From a virus (Duplodnaviria; Caudoviricetes): a stretch of DNA of 56,640 bases. The notes below the pieces were generated by a model, which was not told the origin of the DNA, did no database searches, and worked only from the letters and a program-made list of their open reading frames with translations. The stretch is from IMG/VR virus record IMGVR_UViG_3300049715_000004, positions 1 to 56,640 of that record; one strand, given 5' to 3'. Shown here in pieces: positions 1 through 8,592 of this stretch. Both the position numbers and the translations under genes were made by a program. Each line of letters begins with the position of its first letter. Position 1 is the first letter of the stretch.

Positions 1-1
1 A

Positions 2-223
2 TGGTTAAATAGTCAAACTAAAGAAGCACAGATTAAGAAGGCTAGAAATAAAGCAACTGATATTAGTAAAGTCATAGAAGTGAAATCACTGCTATTAGAA
101 GGAAAATCTCAAAGAGAAATCGAAAGACTGACAGGAGTATCAAGAAAAACTATTGGTCGAGTCATTAAAGGAGAACATACATTCTCCAATGAAATAGGTG
201 GAGGTTTGAAGGATTGGCTCTAG
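2..223 (+). CDS. 3' end of a gene entering from the left edge; C-terminal helix-turn-helix (possibly the DNA-binding tail of a homing endonuclease or a regulator)
   Basis: Frame 2 is open from base 2 to TAG at 221-223: ...VKSLLLEGKSQREIERLTGVSRKTIGRVIKG... is a classic HTH pattern. It converges on the PrgI-like gene with a 4-bp CTAG overlap. Confidence 0.65.
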   Translation, partial: WLNSQTKEAQIKKARNKATDISKVIEVKSLLLEGKSQREIERLTGVSRKTIGRVIKGEHTFSNEIGGGLKDWL

Positions 224-552
224 GCTAATCCTTCTTTTGTTCTAAATGTAATTTTAATTGGCTTATCTTCCTCTGTATTTACACTCCACTCTTTATTCCT
301 CAAATAGTATCCTACTGTATTAAAAGCATACTTATCTAGTTCCTGACCATGACGCTTTGCTAATGACAACATTAAACTAGACAGTGCTACTATTACTCCA
401 CCTGCAATTTTAAATTCTAGGGGGATTGGGAGTGTTACGACACCCAATGCGCCCCCAATACCACCGCCTAGATAGATAATTTGCTTTCCATTTAGACCAT
501 AAGCAACTACTTCACGTATTTTGATTCCTCTAGGAATTGTGTAAGTTTCCAT
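220..552 (-). CDS. PrgI/VirB3-like conjugation membrane protein
   Basis: 110 aa. Y-x-IP-x-x-I...GL-x-x-KQ N-terminus, two hydrophobic helices, then G-x-x-LD-x-Y...Y: the PrgI-family layout. Confidence 0.7.
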   Translation of the reverse strand: METYTIPRGIKIREVVAYGLNGKQIIYLGGGIGGALGVVTLPIPLEFKIAGGVIVALSSLMLSLAKRHGQELDKYAFNTVGYYLRNKEWSVNTEEDKPIKITFRTKEGLA

Positions 553-674
553 GATTGGTCAACCACCTTTCTTTTTTTCATACTTTTCCTCAATTTTGAA
601 GCTACAGTCGTAACAAATAACACCTGAACAACCTTGCTAGTTACAATCGTTCCTATAATAAATGGTGTACCCAT
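507..674 (-). CDS. small putative membrane protein, 55 aa (not in ORF track)
   Basis: MGTPFIIGTIVTSKVVQVLFVTTVASKLRKSMKKRK...; AAAGGA upstream of the ATG; fills the gap between the VirB6-like and PrgI-like genes. Confidence 0.4.
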   Translation of the reverse strand: MGTPFIIGTIVTSKVVQVLFVTTVASKLRKSMKKRKVVDQSWKLTQFLEESKYVK

Positions 675-680
675 TTTACA

Positions 681-1820
681 TCATCCTTTCAGGAATTTTC
701 CTAATTTCATCGCATTTCCTGTTACTCCTTTGCCTAGCATCCAAGCTGACTTAAATGGATTAACACTTCCAGTAGTAAACTTACGTAAGAATGTTGGTGT
801 GCATATCATTAGAAACATGGTAGAGAATCCAATCATCATGCTATTAAATCCATCTATCCAACCATTTCCTGTTGCATGAGCAGTAACTTCAAATAGGAAT
901 ACGCTACCTAGCGAAAGTACAATTCCATGTATCAAAGGTGTCGTTATTAAGGTAATAAATTCTCTAATTAATGTTCCTAACATTGCTCCGCCATCCACTA
1001 CCCAAGATAGATTAGCTACAGGTGTTAATATACCAAGAATCGCAATTGTAATTTGTCTTACCCAATATTGGACAGATAGAATAACAGTCATAAATGCGAA
1101 TCCGATAAACCAAAATACTAGACCAACGCTATTTGTTTTCTCTAATACACTATAGGGAATCAAGTGTGCTTCTAATACATTAAATAATGTTTTGATAACA
1201 AGATTGCTACCTTGTATTCCTAACGACAGGATATCAAGTGAAAGGAAAGTCATAATAGTTGAAGCTAAGAGTCTAATAATCAACTGTGAAGCACCGATAG
1301 TCGTTGAACCTAAGACATTTGCCTTGACCATATCAAACCCTTTTTTGCCTATAATGAGCATCACAAATGACATACAGATAGTCCATACTGCTCTAAACAT
1401 TCCAATGACTTCATGATTATCAAAAAAGTCCTGTGTGTTCAGCAATGTATTTTGTAGCCAATCATTCATATGCCATATAACTGAATCTTTTCTTGCTACA
1501 TTACCATCTATACCTATGCTGTCTCTTATATATCTATTTGTACCTCCAAATAATGCTTTTTCAGTTAGTTGACCAACAAAATTTGGAATAGAAGGATTTG
1601 GCATTAATGGATTATCAGGTGTAAATTCGTTTGCACTTGCAACACTGGTCATTCCTAGTGGTATGATAAATGATAAGAATCCTAGTACTTTTTTCATGTG
1701 TTTGCTTCGTCTGACTTCTCTGTTTTTTGAATTTATTTCAGTATATACCTTTTCTACACATTCATTAAATTGAATTTCTAGGGGCTTCTCTATGGAAACC
1801 CCGTTTATTTTGATATTCAT
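681..1820 (-). CDS. VirB6/TrbL-like polytopic conjugation membrane protein
   Basis: 379 aa with multiple TM segments; R-x-I-x-I-x-IL-x-I-x-x-P motif (VRQITIAILGILTP) and C-terminal P-x-x-L (TPTFLRK) typical of Gram-positive VirB6/TrbL; directly upstream of the PrgI-like gene. Confidence 0.65.
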   Translation of the reverse strand: MNIKINGVSIEKPLEIQFNECVEKVYTEINSKNREVRRSKHMKKVLGFLSFIIPLGMTSVASANEFTPDNPLMPNPSIPNFVGQLTEKALFGGTNRYIRDSIGIDGNVARKDSVIWHMNDWLQNTLLNTQDFFDNHEVIGMFRAVWTICMSFVMLIIGKKGFDMVKANVLGSTTIGASQLIIRLLASTIMTFLSLDILSLGIQGSNLVIKTLFNVLEAHLIPYSVLEKTNSVGLVFWFIGFAFMTVILSVQYWVRQITIAILGILTPVANLSWVVDGGAMLGTLIREFITLITTPLIHGIVLSLGSVFLFEVTAHATGNGWIDGFNSMMIGFSTMFLMICTPTFLRKFTTGSVNPFKSAWMLGKGVTGNAMKLGKFLKG

Positions 1821-1849
1821 AGGCTCACTCCTAGTAGGGCGACTAAGCC

Positions 1850-2455
1850 CTACGCATATTGGTATGGCATGGCGACAAGCGGATTGAATATGCTATTTTT
1901 AGTATAGTCTCTCTCAATACCTTTGCACATATTTAACCAACAAGTGGGTGCTTCAAATGCTCTCTGTTTGAAATCAAAACTACCTGTATAATAGTAAGCA
2001 CACGTTTGGGCAGGAATCTCTGAAAATAGTACGTTCCAAGTAGATTTAGGATAGTAAGTTCTTTGTTCTAGATATGCTGTATATTCTCCTACAAATGTGA
2101 ATGGACAACCACATACTAGATGTGCAAATACATCATGTACTGCTCTAAACTTAGCATTCTCTTCTTCATTTAGGAATGGATGACAATCAAATACAGTGTA
2201 AATTTTGATTACGCTATCTTCTTTTACTCTTGCTCTCATTTCTTTTGCACTTTCATATGGGTCATCCTTTGTAAATTCTACCGCATAAGGTATCATATCA
2301 AATAGTTTATTGGTTACTCGTTTAATCTTCTTAAACTCATTAGCAACATATAGTCCTTCTTCTCCTAGAAAACTATCCTCACAATATGCACGACCAATTT
2401 CATGTTTGATATAATCAATCATACTATCTCCTCCTATTAGGTAAAGAATTTCCAA
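1850..2455 (-). CDS. putative zincin-like metalloprotein (HDxxxH motif); probable start at the second Met (MIDYIK)
   Basis: DPY...EM...HP...N-x-x-FRAVHDVFAH...GE...E motif; RBS AGGAGGAG precedes the internal ATG. Confidence 0.45.
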   Translation of the reverse strand: MEILYLIGGDSMIDYIKHEIGRAYCEDSFLGEEGLYVANEFKKIKRVTNKLFDMIPYAVEFTKDDPYESAKEMRARVKEDSVIKIYTVFDCHPFLNEEENAKFRAVHDVFAHLVCGCPFTFVGEYTAYLEQRTYYPKSTWNVLFSEIPAQTCAYYYTGSFDFKQRAFEAPTCWLNMCKGIERDYTKNSIFNPLVAMPYQYA

Positions 2456-2952
2456 GCACCATAGACCACTCTTGTAAGGTAGGGGGCAGAAGCAGTGATA
2501 GCTGTTCCAAGTACCAATCCAGTAGCTACCTTCTTAGCTTGTGTTCGTTTTTCACTATTTGCTCCGCCAGTTGCTAGAATAAATCCAACCCAAGCCCATA
2601 CTGGTGTTGAGATATACATAAGTACTCTAAACATTGTCCAGTAGACTGTATTGAAGAATCTTTCAAGTGGACTAATATCAATTATTCCATCTGTTGCTAA
2701 TGTTACATCTCCTGTAATCATTAGTCCTATTAAAGCTACTGCACCTAAGAAAGTTACTCCTATTAACTTTGCATATTTTGATAGGTCTCTATTAGCCAAC
2801 CAATCTTTTACTAGTGATTTATTTCTCTCTATGAAATCACCTTCATATTTATCTGCTACATTATCAAGATAGCGTTGTAAATAGTCCTCATGGTTTACAA
2901 CTGCTACATATCCTCTTTCTCTCGTTCCTACATTTACTCTCACTTTACCCAC
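2437..2952 (-). CDS. VirB2/TrbC pilin-like membrane protein
   Basis: Signal-like hydrophobic segment ending VTLA, then two TM helices separated by GGANSEKRTQAKK and followed by GLVLG: TrbC/VirB2-like topology. Confidence 0.55.
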   Translation of the reverse strand: MGKVRVNVGTRERGYVAVVNHEDYLQRYLDNVADKYEGDFIERNKSLVKDWLANRDLSKYAKLIGVTFLGAVALIGLMITGDVTLATDGIIDISPLERFFNTVYWTMFRVLMYISTPVWAWVGFILATGGANSEKRTQAKKVATGLVLGTAITASAPYLTRVVYGAWKFFT

Positions 2953-3113
2953 CTCTTATCCAATTTTCCATAGAAGAACTTACTGCATTGGTCAAACTTG
3001 CTCACTGTTTCACGTTTCATTGTACAATATAGACTACAATAGTTTCCGTTGTTCTGTAATACTGCTCTAATACACTTATCGCATCTTCTTTGAATCGACT
3101 GTTTTGCTATCAT
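2940..3113 (-). CDS. small Cys-rich putative zinc-binding protein, 57 aa (not in ORF track)
   Basis: MIAKQSIQRRCDKCIRAVLQNNGNYCSLYCTMKRETVSKFDQCSKFF...; GGAGG RBS; ATGA overlap with the upstream gene. Confidence 0.6.
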   Translation of the reverse strand: MIAKQSIQRRCDKCIRAVLQNNGNYCSLYCTMKRETVSKFDQCSKFFYGKLDKRWVK

Positions 3114-3316
3114 AAATGTGAACCTCCACGATAATTATAGTAGGGAGATGGGTATTCGCCCATTCCATACTCCATAGTATGCCCATCTGATAGAATGTGT
3201 GAATATAATATATCAATTATTTTCCTACTTTTTTCTGACTGTGGTAGTTTATTATACCAATCAATAACCTCCTTTCCTTTGTGGTGCTTTTCTCGTGCGT
3301 TAAAGGTGATTATCAT
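3110..3316 (-). CDS. putative ribbon-helix-helix DNA-binding protein, 68 aa; first gene of the conjugation-like operon
   Basis: AGGAGG RBS precedes the ATG at 3316. MIITFN beta-strand followed by two helices (EVIDWYNKLP...KSRKIIDIL). Confidence 0.5.
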   Translation of the reverse strand: MIITFNAREKHHKGKEVIDWYNKLPQSEKSRKIIDILYSHILSDGHTMEYGMGEYPSPYYNYRGGSHL

Positions 3317-3445
3317 TTTGTTACCTCCTAATAATTTTTGTAAAAAGTTGTTAACTTTTGTTATGGTAGAGTATATTATCAAATTATTTTGTCTTAGAAC
3401 TGATTTCTTAATTTTTTTTAAAATAAAAAAAGAACTGAGATTTAC

Positions 3446-3754
3446 TCAGCCCTTCGCATTCTTCGTATAAAAATCAACAATCTTATCAATCATATATTTT
3501 TGTTGTCTAACTGCAAGCACTCTATTAACCTGAATTTTGACAAACATATTGATTATGTAGACTCCTAACATGATAGCTGTTGATGTTTGATATGAGATTG
3601 TTGGCAGATTATGTACTAGTCCGACTACCCCACTATTCCAAACAAAGAATCCAATTAATCCTAGAAAAGACACGATAATTGCATGGAGGAAAAGTCCTCC
3701 TATCAGTTCTTTTGCTACATTCATTATCATTCCTCCTTTAAATCGGATAAACAA
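3446..3754 (-). CDS. hypothetical membrane protein (2 TM)
   Basis: Two hydrophobic helices; true start probably the internal Met after AAAGGAGG. Confidence 0.6.
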   Translation of the reverse strand: MFIRFKGGMIMNVAKELIGGLFLHAIIVSFLGLIGFFVWNSGVVGLVHNLPTISYQTSTAIMLGVYIINMFVKIQVNRVLAVRQQKYMIDKIVDFYTKNAKG

Positions 3755-4934
3755 TTACATTTGATTCATTAAATTGAATATTTCCACCTTCATCAAAATA
3801 AAGTACTGCGTGTGCTCTTGTCCATGTTGTCTTAATGAATTTTGAGCCATGTTTGTAATCAACATCATGCTGTAAACAACCTGTTTCCATTACCATAGTA
3901 CCTCTATCAATCAACTTTCCTGCTTGGTGTGTATGTCCAATAATACATGCTTTATGTGGGCGATTCTTAACCATTTTGAAATGTTCACTAGTTTGAATAA
4001 CCGTTCTCAATGGCACTGATGAATAATTGTCAGGGTGTCCAAAAATGGTATCAAATAATTGAATCCACCAAGAACCTACAACATGAACATTACCTAATGG
4101 CTCTTTTTTGAATACTGTTCCTGATTGAATTACTTCTAGCACATCTTGTGGGAATAAGAAGTGAAGGTCTACAGGAATAACATTTTTTATGTAATTTCTT
4201 AACCGTCTTTCATGGTTTCCTTCTACTACAATTACATCTTCAAAGAGTCTAGACACAATTTCTAAAAACTCTCTACCTTCCTGTAATTCTCGTTTTAGTG
4301 CAATTGTCTTATCCTTAGCAAACGTGCTCACATTAAACAGGTCAAGTATGTCACCGTTAAGGACAAGAATATCAGAGTCACTATGTTCTCTGAGAATATG
4401 GTTAACTAAATCATAAACAGTAAAGGGAATGTGTAGGTCAGCCATATAAAGAACTTTTAGCTTTCTCCCTTTATATTTATTTTCTATGTATTCTTGGATT
4501 CTATCACGCTGTTTATCAGCATTTTTATAAAGATATAAATCTCCATCCCTACCATCAGGAAGCTTAAAGAAGTCGTCTTCTTCTTGTAGTGTGTCATCTA
4601 ATTCTATGTCAGACATTTTTATTGTTGACGATGTAATTGTCATGTTATCACCTAATACATCTCTTGTAATAGCGTATGTCTCTGCTTTACTAGCACCGAC
4701 AGGGTTAGCTTTAATATGACTTGTATCAATTGATTCAATTGGGTTTATCTTAGTAGCCATAATCTGACCACTTTTGAGTAGTCCACCACCAAAGATGCGA
4801 TTTTCATGTACTAATATATAATCTTCTACCTTATTCTCAGGCAAGCCTACCTCTTTTGCTATCTCTTTCAAAGTCATTCCTTGTGTCTTTAATCGGAAAC
4901 ATAAATTTTCTAGGTAGCGACTTTCTGTACTCAT
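3738..4934 (-). CDS. calcineurin-like metallophosphoesterase with N-terminal HTH
   Basis: ADLH, NGDILD, GNHE and GHTH motifs; N-terminal GMTLKEIAKEVGL HTH. Confidence 0.85.
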   Translation of the reverse strand: MSTESRYLENLCFRLKTQGMTLKEIAKEVGLPENKVEDYILVHENRIFGGGLLKSGQIMATKINPIESIDTSHIKANPVGASKAETYAITRDVLGDNMTITSSTIKMSDIELDDTLQEEDDFFKLPDGRDGDLYLYKNADKQRDRIQEYIENKYKGRKLKVLYMADLHIPFTVYDLVNHILREHSDSDILVLNGDILDLFNVSTFAKDKTIALKRELQEGREFLEIVSRLFEDVIVVEGNHERRLRNYIKNVIPVDLHFLFPQDVLEVIQSGTVFKKEPLGNVHVVGSWWIQLFDTIFGHPDNYSSVPLRTVIQTSEHFKMVKNRPHKACIIGHTHQAGKLIDRGTMVMETGCLQHDVDYKHGSKFIKTTWTRAHAVLYFDEGGNIQFNESNVIVYPI

Positions 4935-5507
4935 ATTTTACATCCATCTCCTCTTGTTCTGCCTTTTGATATGTCAGTTATATATTGTTTAGAAACACCA
5001 AATCTATTTACCAATGCTTCCCTTCCATATTCGTTGCTATGTGGCTTATAATTATTTCTAATATACATAACTTGTTCATCTGTTAATTTTGCGTAATGAT
5101 GTTCTTCTCCTGACTTCTTTAGCCCAATATCGAATGCATGTTCATTGTTTTCCTTTTGTGTAGCCCACTCTAAGTTCTCAACTACATTACATCTTTTATT
5201 TTCATAAGCAGAAAGGTTGAAGATATTCTTATGATTGACTGTCTCTTTATTCTCAGGGTTAGGAATAAAGGCTTCTGCAACCAACCTGTGGACTATAAAA
5301 TGTCTTTCTTTTATAATCCTTTGATAATGCAATCAACATGTATCCTTGTGGATGGCTAGATTGTTTCAATATGTATTCTTTGACAGTATGCATTCTGCCA
5401 TCTTTGCGAACAACAATTCTCGCCAAACTTTTAACTCTTCCTTTGTCACTGACCATGTAGTAGCCTTCGTAACCTTCGATATCTTTCCATTCTTCCATGC
5501 CTATCAC
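4931..5507 (-). pseudogene. NUMOD4-HNH homing endonuclease split by a frameshift
   Basis: 5259-5507 encodes NUMOD4 (EEWKDIEGYEGYYMVSDKGRVKS); 4931-5332 encodes HNH (VHRLVAEAFIPNP...VNHK...NLEWAT..EN..HA). Removing one base of the A-run at 5297-5300 joins them as KRKTF-IVHRLVA. Confidence 0.85.
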
Positions 5508-5537
5508 CTCCTAGAAAGAGAAAGGGAACAACCCCTT

Positions 5538-5798
5538 TTACTCAAACCTCAACTTGATTAACTGACCAAAATTGTTATATTGAAAATCAGCTAGTAATCT
5601 TTCTGCAACAGATTCAGCTACAAACCCTTCCTGAACTAGATTAAGAAGCTCCATACGCATACTACTTACTGCTACCTTATATGCATCAATATTGTCGAAA
5701 TAAACTTTAGGTACATGTGCTTGAGTTACTTCTGGGTTTCCTACTACCTCCTGCTCAATTCCTACTGGTACGTCATCATTAAGTGAAAAATTTGACAT
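5538..5798 (-). CDS. hypothetical protein
   Basis: 86-aa ORF with AAGGAG RBS. Confidence 0.6.
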   Translation of the reverse strand: MSNFSLNDDVPVGIEQEVVGNPEVTQAHVPKVYFDNIDAYKVAVSSMRMELLNLVQEGFVAESVAERLLADFQYNNFGQLIKLRFE

Positions 5799-5887
5799 GT
5801 AACATCTCTCCTTATGTATTTTTATGGTGTAGCCCTCCCTTCACCATACACCATGTCGCTCCCCATATAAAGGAGCACCCTATTGTT

Positions 5888-6148
5888 TTACCAACCTCGT
5901 CTAATTGTCTTTTTTTCTCCTCTCTTCCTAATTATTTTTGGAACACCTATATCAGCTATAGTAAAATAGTCTATTATGTCTTCATTCGATTCTAATATTT
6001 CAACTACCTTATCAGTATTTCGTATTTGAAATAAGATGGATGTTCTATCTTCACCATAACCGAAAAATACAATCCTATTGAAACTAATGCCCAATACATC
6101 TATTTTTAAATCTGCTATCTCTTTTCTAACGTCAGCTATTGTCTTCAT
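5888..6148 (-). CDS. hypothetical protein
   Basis: 86-aa ORF with GGAGG RBS, downstream of a promoter. Confidence 0.6.
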   Translation of the reverse strand: MKTIADVRKEIADLKIDVLGISFNRIVFFGYGEDRTSILFQIRNTDKVVEILESNEDIIDYFTIADIGVPKIIRKRGEKKTIRRGW

Positions 6149-6173
6149 AACAACACCTCCATATTATACTTAT

Positions 6174-6202
6174 ATTATAACATACGACCATAGAAAATGC
6201 AA
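6174..6202 (-). promoter_or_regulatory. sigma-A-type promoter
   Basis: cccTTGCAT-17-TATAAT with TG extension. Confidence 0.6.
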
Positions 6203-6237
6203 GGGTAAACTATATATCCTTGCAATATATCTATGTA

Positions 6238-6432
6238 TTATACTTTCTTTGAATCAGTAAGATTAATTATAATGCCATCACCTAAATTAAAACAATTTTT
6301 TCCATCAAGCATTTCTATCACTCTATTAAGTACTTTATAATCATCAATACCAATTTCTTCTAAAATAAGTAGATGTTCTACACAATTTAATGCTTCTTTT
6401 GCCAACACGTTTTTTTCTCCTATTTTCTGCAT
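6238..6432 (-). CDS. hypothetical protein
   Basis: 64-aa ORF with GGAGG upstream, downstream of a promoter. Confidence 0.5.
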   Translation of the reverse strand: MQKIGEKNVLAKEALNCVEHLLILEEIGIDDYKVLNRVIEMLDGKNCFNLGDGIIINLTDSKKV

Positions 6433-6490
6433 TGGTCATTCCTCCATTGGAATTTAATATACTTGTTTTTACTTGTCTGTTTATAATATA

Positions 6491-6519
6491 AGTATAGCAT
6501 AATACTTTTTTCTAGTCAA
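6491..6519 (-). promoter_or_regulatory. sigma-A-type promoter
   Basis: ccTTGACT-17-TATACT with TG extension. Confidence 0.65.
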
Positions 6520-6564
6520 GGATAAATATGGACATAAATAGAAATTTTTCTAGATAACAAGCCC

Positions 6565-6601
6565 AAAAATTGGGAGTCGGCTAGTGGTTCTACCAACTCC
6601 C
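6565..6601 (-). terminator. intrinsic terminator-like hairpin
   Basis: GGGAGTTGGTAG...CTAGCCGACTCCC followed by AATTTTT on the minus strand, after the wHTH gene. Confidence 0.55.
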
Positions 6602-6626
6602 TTCAATATATACTATCATAATCATA

Positions 6627-7046
6627 CTAAGCATTTTGGATAGAACTCCTATTTATAATACTTTCCAATTCTTTTACACGTTTTTCTAATGCATGAATAG
6701 TTTCCTGATTTTCCGCATTCAAATTTTGTAGGTACTGTATTTGTTCTTCTTTAGATTGGGCAACCTCAAATCCTTCGATATCTCCACGATAAACATACGT
6801 TATTGGAAATCTTCTAGAAGCAGGCTTGATAACTGTGAGAGTTCCTCTATTATCTAATTCCTTAATCGCCTTATGTGCTGTTGCTAAAGCTACTCCTGCT
6901 CCTTCTGCAATTTCCAACACAGTAGCTTCAATACGTTTGTTTCCTGATGCCTTAATGGTGTCAATAAAAAACCTCTCAACTTTACGCAAATTTTCTTTTG
7001 ATACAGTGGACATTGTTGTATCACTCCTTAGTTTTTTCCCTCCCAC
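6627..7046 (-). CDS. winged-helix transcription regulator with C-terminal coiled coil
   Basis: ATVLEIAEGAGVALATAHKAIKELDNRGTL wHTH; heptad-rich C-terminus. Confidence 0.75.
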   Translation of the reverse strand: MGGKKLRSDTTMSTVSKENLRKVERFFIDTIKASGNKRIEATVLEIAEGAGVALATAHKAIKELDNRGTLTVIKPASRRFPITYVYRGDIEGFEVAQSKEEQIQYLQNLNAENQETIHALEKRVKELESIINRSSIQNA

Positions 7047-7155
7047 TCAAATACATTGTAACATACTTATAATACATCGTCAATGCAAATTCAAGAAAGG
7101 GTATAAATGATTTATATCCATATTATACCCAGTCGAATTTTGTCCTATACCTATT

Positions 7156-7881
7156 TTATAAAATTATTTTTTTTATATCTTCATTTGCCTGATTATAACG
7201 CTCATGTGTGCCAATATCAAGCCAATAGAAATCATACTCATACATATATAGGCTTCCTTTTTCAGCATACTGAGGAAATAAATCTGTTTCTACCATAGAA
7301 TATGTATCTTTTGGAATGTCTTTCAGTACTTCTTTATTTATTATGTATATACCTGCATTAATTAAATTGCCATATTCAGATGAAGTTGGTTTTTCAACGA
7401 ATTTGATAATCTTTTCACATTCTGTAACTGCCACCCCAAATTGACTAGGATTCTCAACAGGTGTTAATGCAATTGTAATAAATGGATTCTTACCTTCTGT
7501 TATTGCATGTAAAAAATACATCCAATCCAAATTAATATCTGTTAGTATGTCTCCATTGAACACCACAAACGGCATATTGTCAAGCAAGTCTTCACAGTTC
7601 TTAATTGCTCCTGCTGTTCCAAGTGGTTTGTTTCCGTCTTCCTTATAATCAATTTTTATACCATAAGAACTTCCATCACCAAAATGTTCCACTATTTGTT
7701 CATGCAAATATCCAGTGCTAAAGATAATATGGTCTACTCCGTTTTCCTTTAGCAATTCTACGATATGTTCTAAGTGTGGCTTATCTCCTATTGGGAGCAT
7801 TGGTTTTGGTGTATTATCTGTTAGGGGTCTTAACCTTGTGCCTTTCCCCCCGCTTAAGATGATTGCTTTCATTGTTTTCAC
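7156..7881 (-). CDS. sugar-1-phosphate nucleotidyltransferase (NTP_transferase; mannose-1-P guanylyltransferase-like)
   Basis: AIILSGGKGTRLRPLT..PKPMLPI, PLGTAGAI, NGD, FVEKP, INAGIY and WLDIGT motifs. Confidence 0.92.
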   Translation of the reverse strand: MKTMKAIILSGGKGTRLRPLTDNTPKPMLPIGDKPHLEHIVELLKENGVDHIIFSTGYLHEQIVEHFGDGSSYGIKIDYKEDGNKPLGTAGAIKNCEDLLDNMPFVVFNGDILTDINLDWMYFLHAITEGKNPFITIALTPVENPSQFGVAVTECEKIIKFVEKPTSSEYGNLINAGIYIINKEVLKDIPKDTYSMVETDLFPQYAEKGSLYMYEYDFYWLDIGTHERYNQANEDIKKIIL

Positions 7882-8588
7882 TCCTTAGTGTAATCTCCAT
7901 TCCTATATGGGTGTCCATATTTTCCATTGTTTAGATGCCCATAGTATGTAGCAGGATGATATGCTTCTGATGGAGTAAGTTCTTTCAGTTTATCGTTCAT
8001 GTACTTCCTGTTTACATAGAATGCATTAACACCTTTACTATCAGTACACACTAATGCATAATCAAACTTGTTACATAGTCTAGTAAGTGATTGTAGACTT
8101 GAGCCATAATAGCTAGTTCCATCCCATATATGATTAGAATTATATCTCATAATCCATTCAACAGGGGATTCATAGTAAGCGTTATATTCTGCAACTATCA
8201 CAAAAGGCTCATACTTACCTAGTATTTCTTTTAGCACCCAATAGTCATTACCATCTATATCAATAGAAAGCAAGCCAAAATCTTTAGGTACTAAATTACT
8301 ATCAAATAATTCAATAATGTTGTCTTTAGTAATAAACGAATGGCATGTTTTTATATTAAAAATATCGTAGTTGCTTCTTAATTGCTTATAATAGTTTTCG
8401 TTTCCTTCTATCATAAGTCCTTTCCAACCTTTTTCATAAAGATACCTACAATTACACTCTAATCCTGTTTCTACACCAAACTCTACAAAGTAATCAGGTA
8501 GAAGGGAGATACGGTTAAGTATCTCCTGTATAATTCCATCCTCACCATTTTGTGAATAATATGATTTTTCATATTTATTTAGGTTCAT
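7878..8588 (-). CDS. FkbM-related SAM-dependent methyltransferase-like protein
   Basis: YSQNGEDGII, FVEFG, GW-x-GL-x-IEG and LLSIDIDGNDYW motifs. Confidence 0.75.
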   Translation of the reverse strand: MNLNKYEKSYYSQNGEDGIIQEILNRISLLPDYFVEFGVETGLECNCRYLYEKGWKGLMIEGNENYYKQLRSNYDIFNIKTCHSFITKDNIIELFDSNLVPKDFGLLSIDIDGNDYWVLKEILGKYEPFVIVAEYNAYYESPVEWIMRYNSNHIWDGTSYYGSSLQSLTRLCNKFDYALVCTDSKGVNAFYVNRKYMNDKLKELTPSEAYHPATYYGHLNNGKYGHPYRNGDYTKE

Positions 8589-8592
8589 GTTC

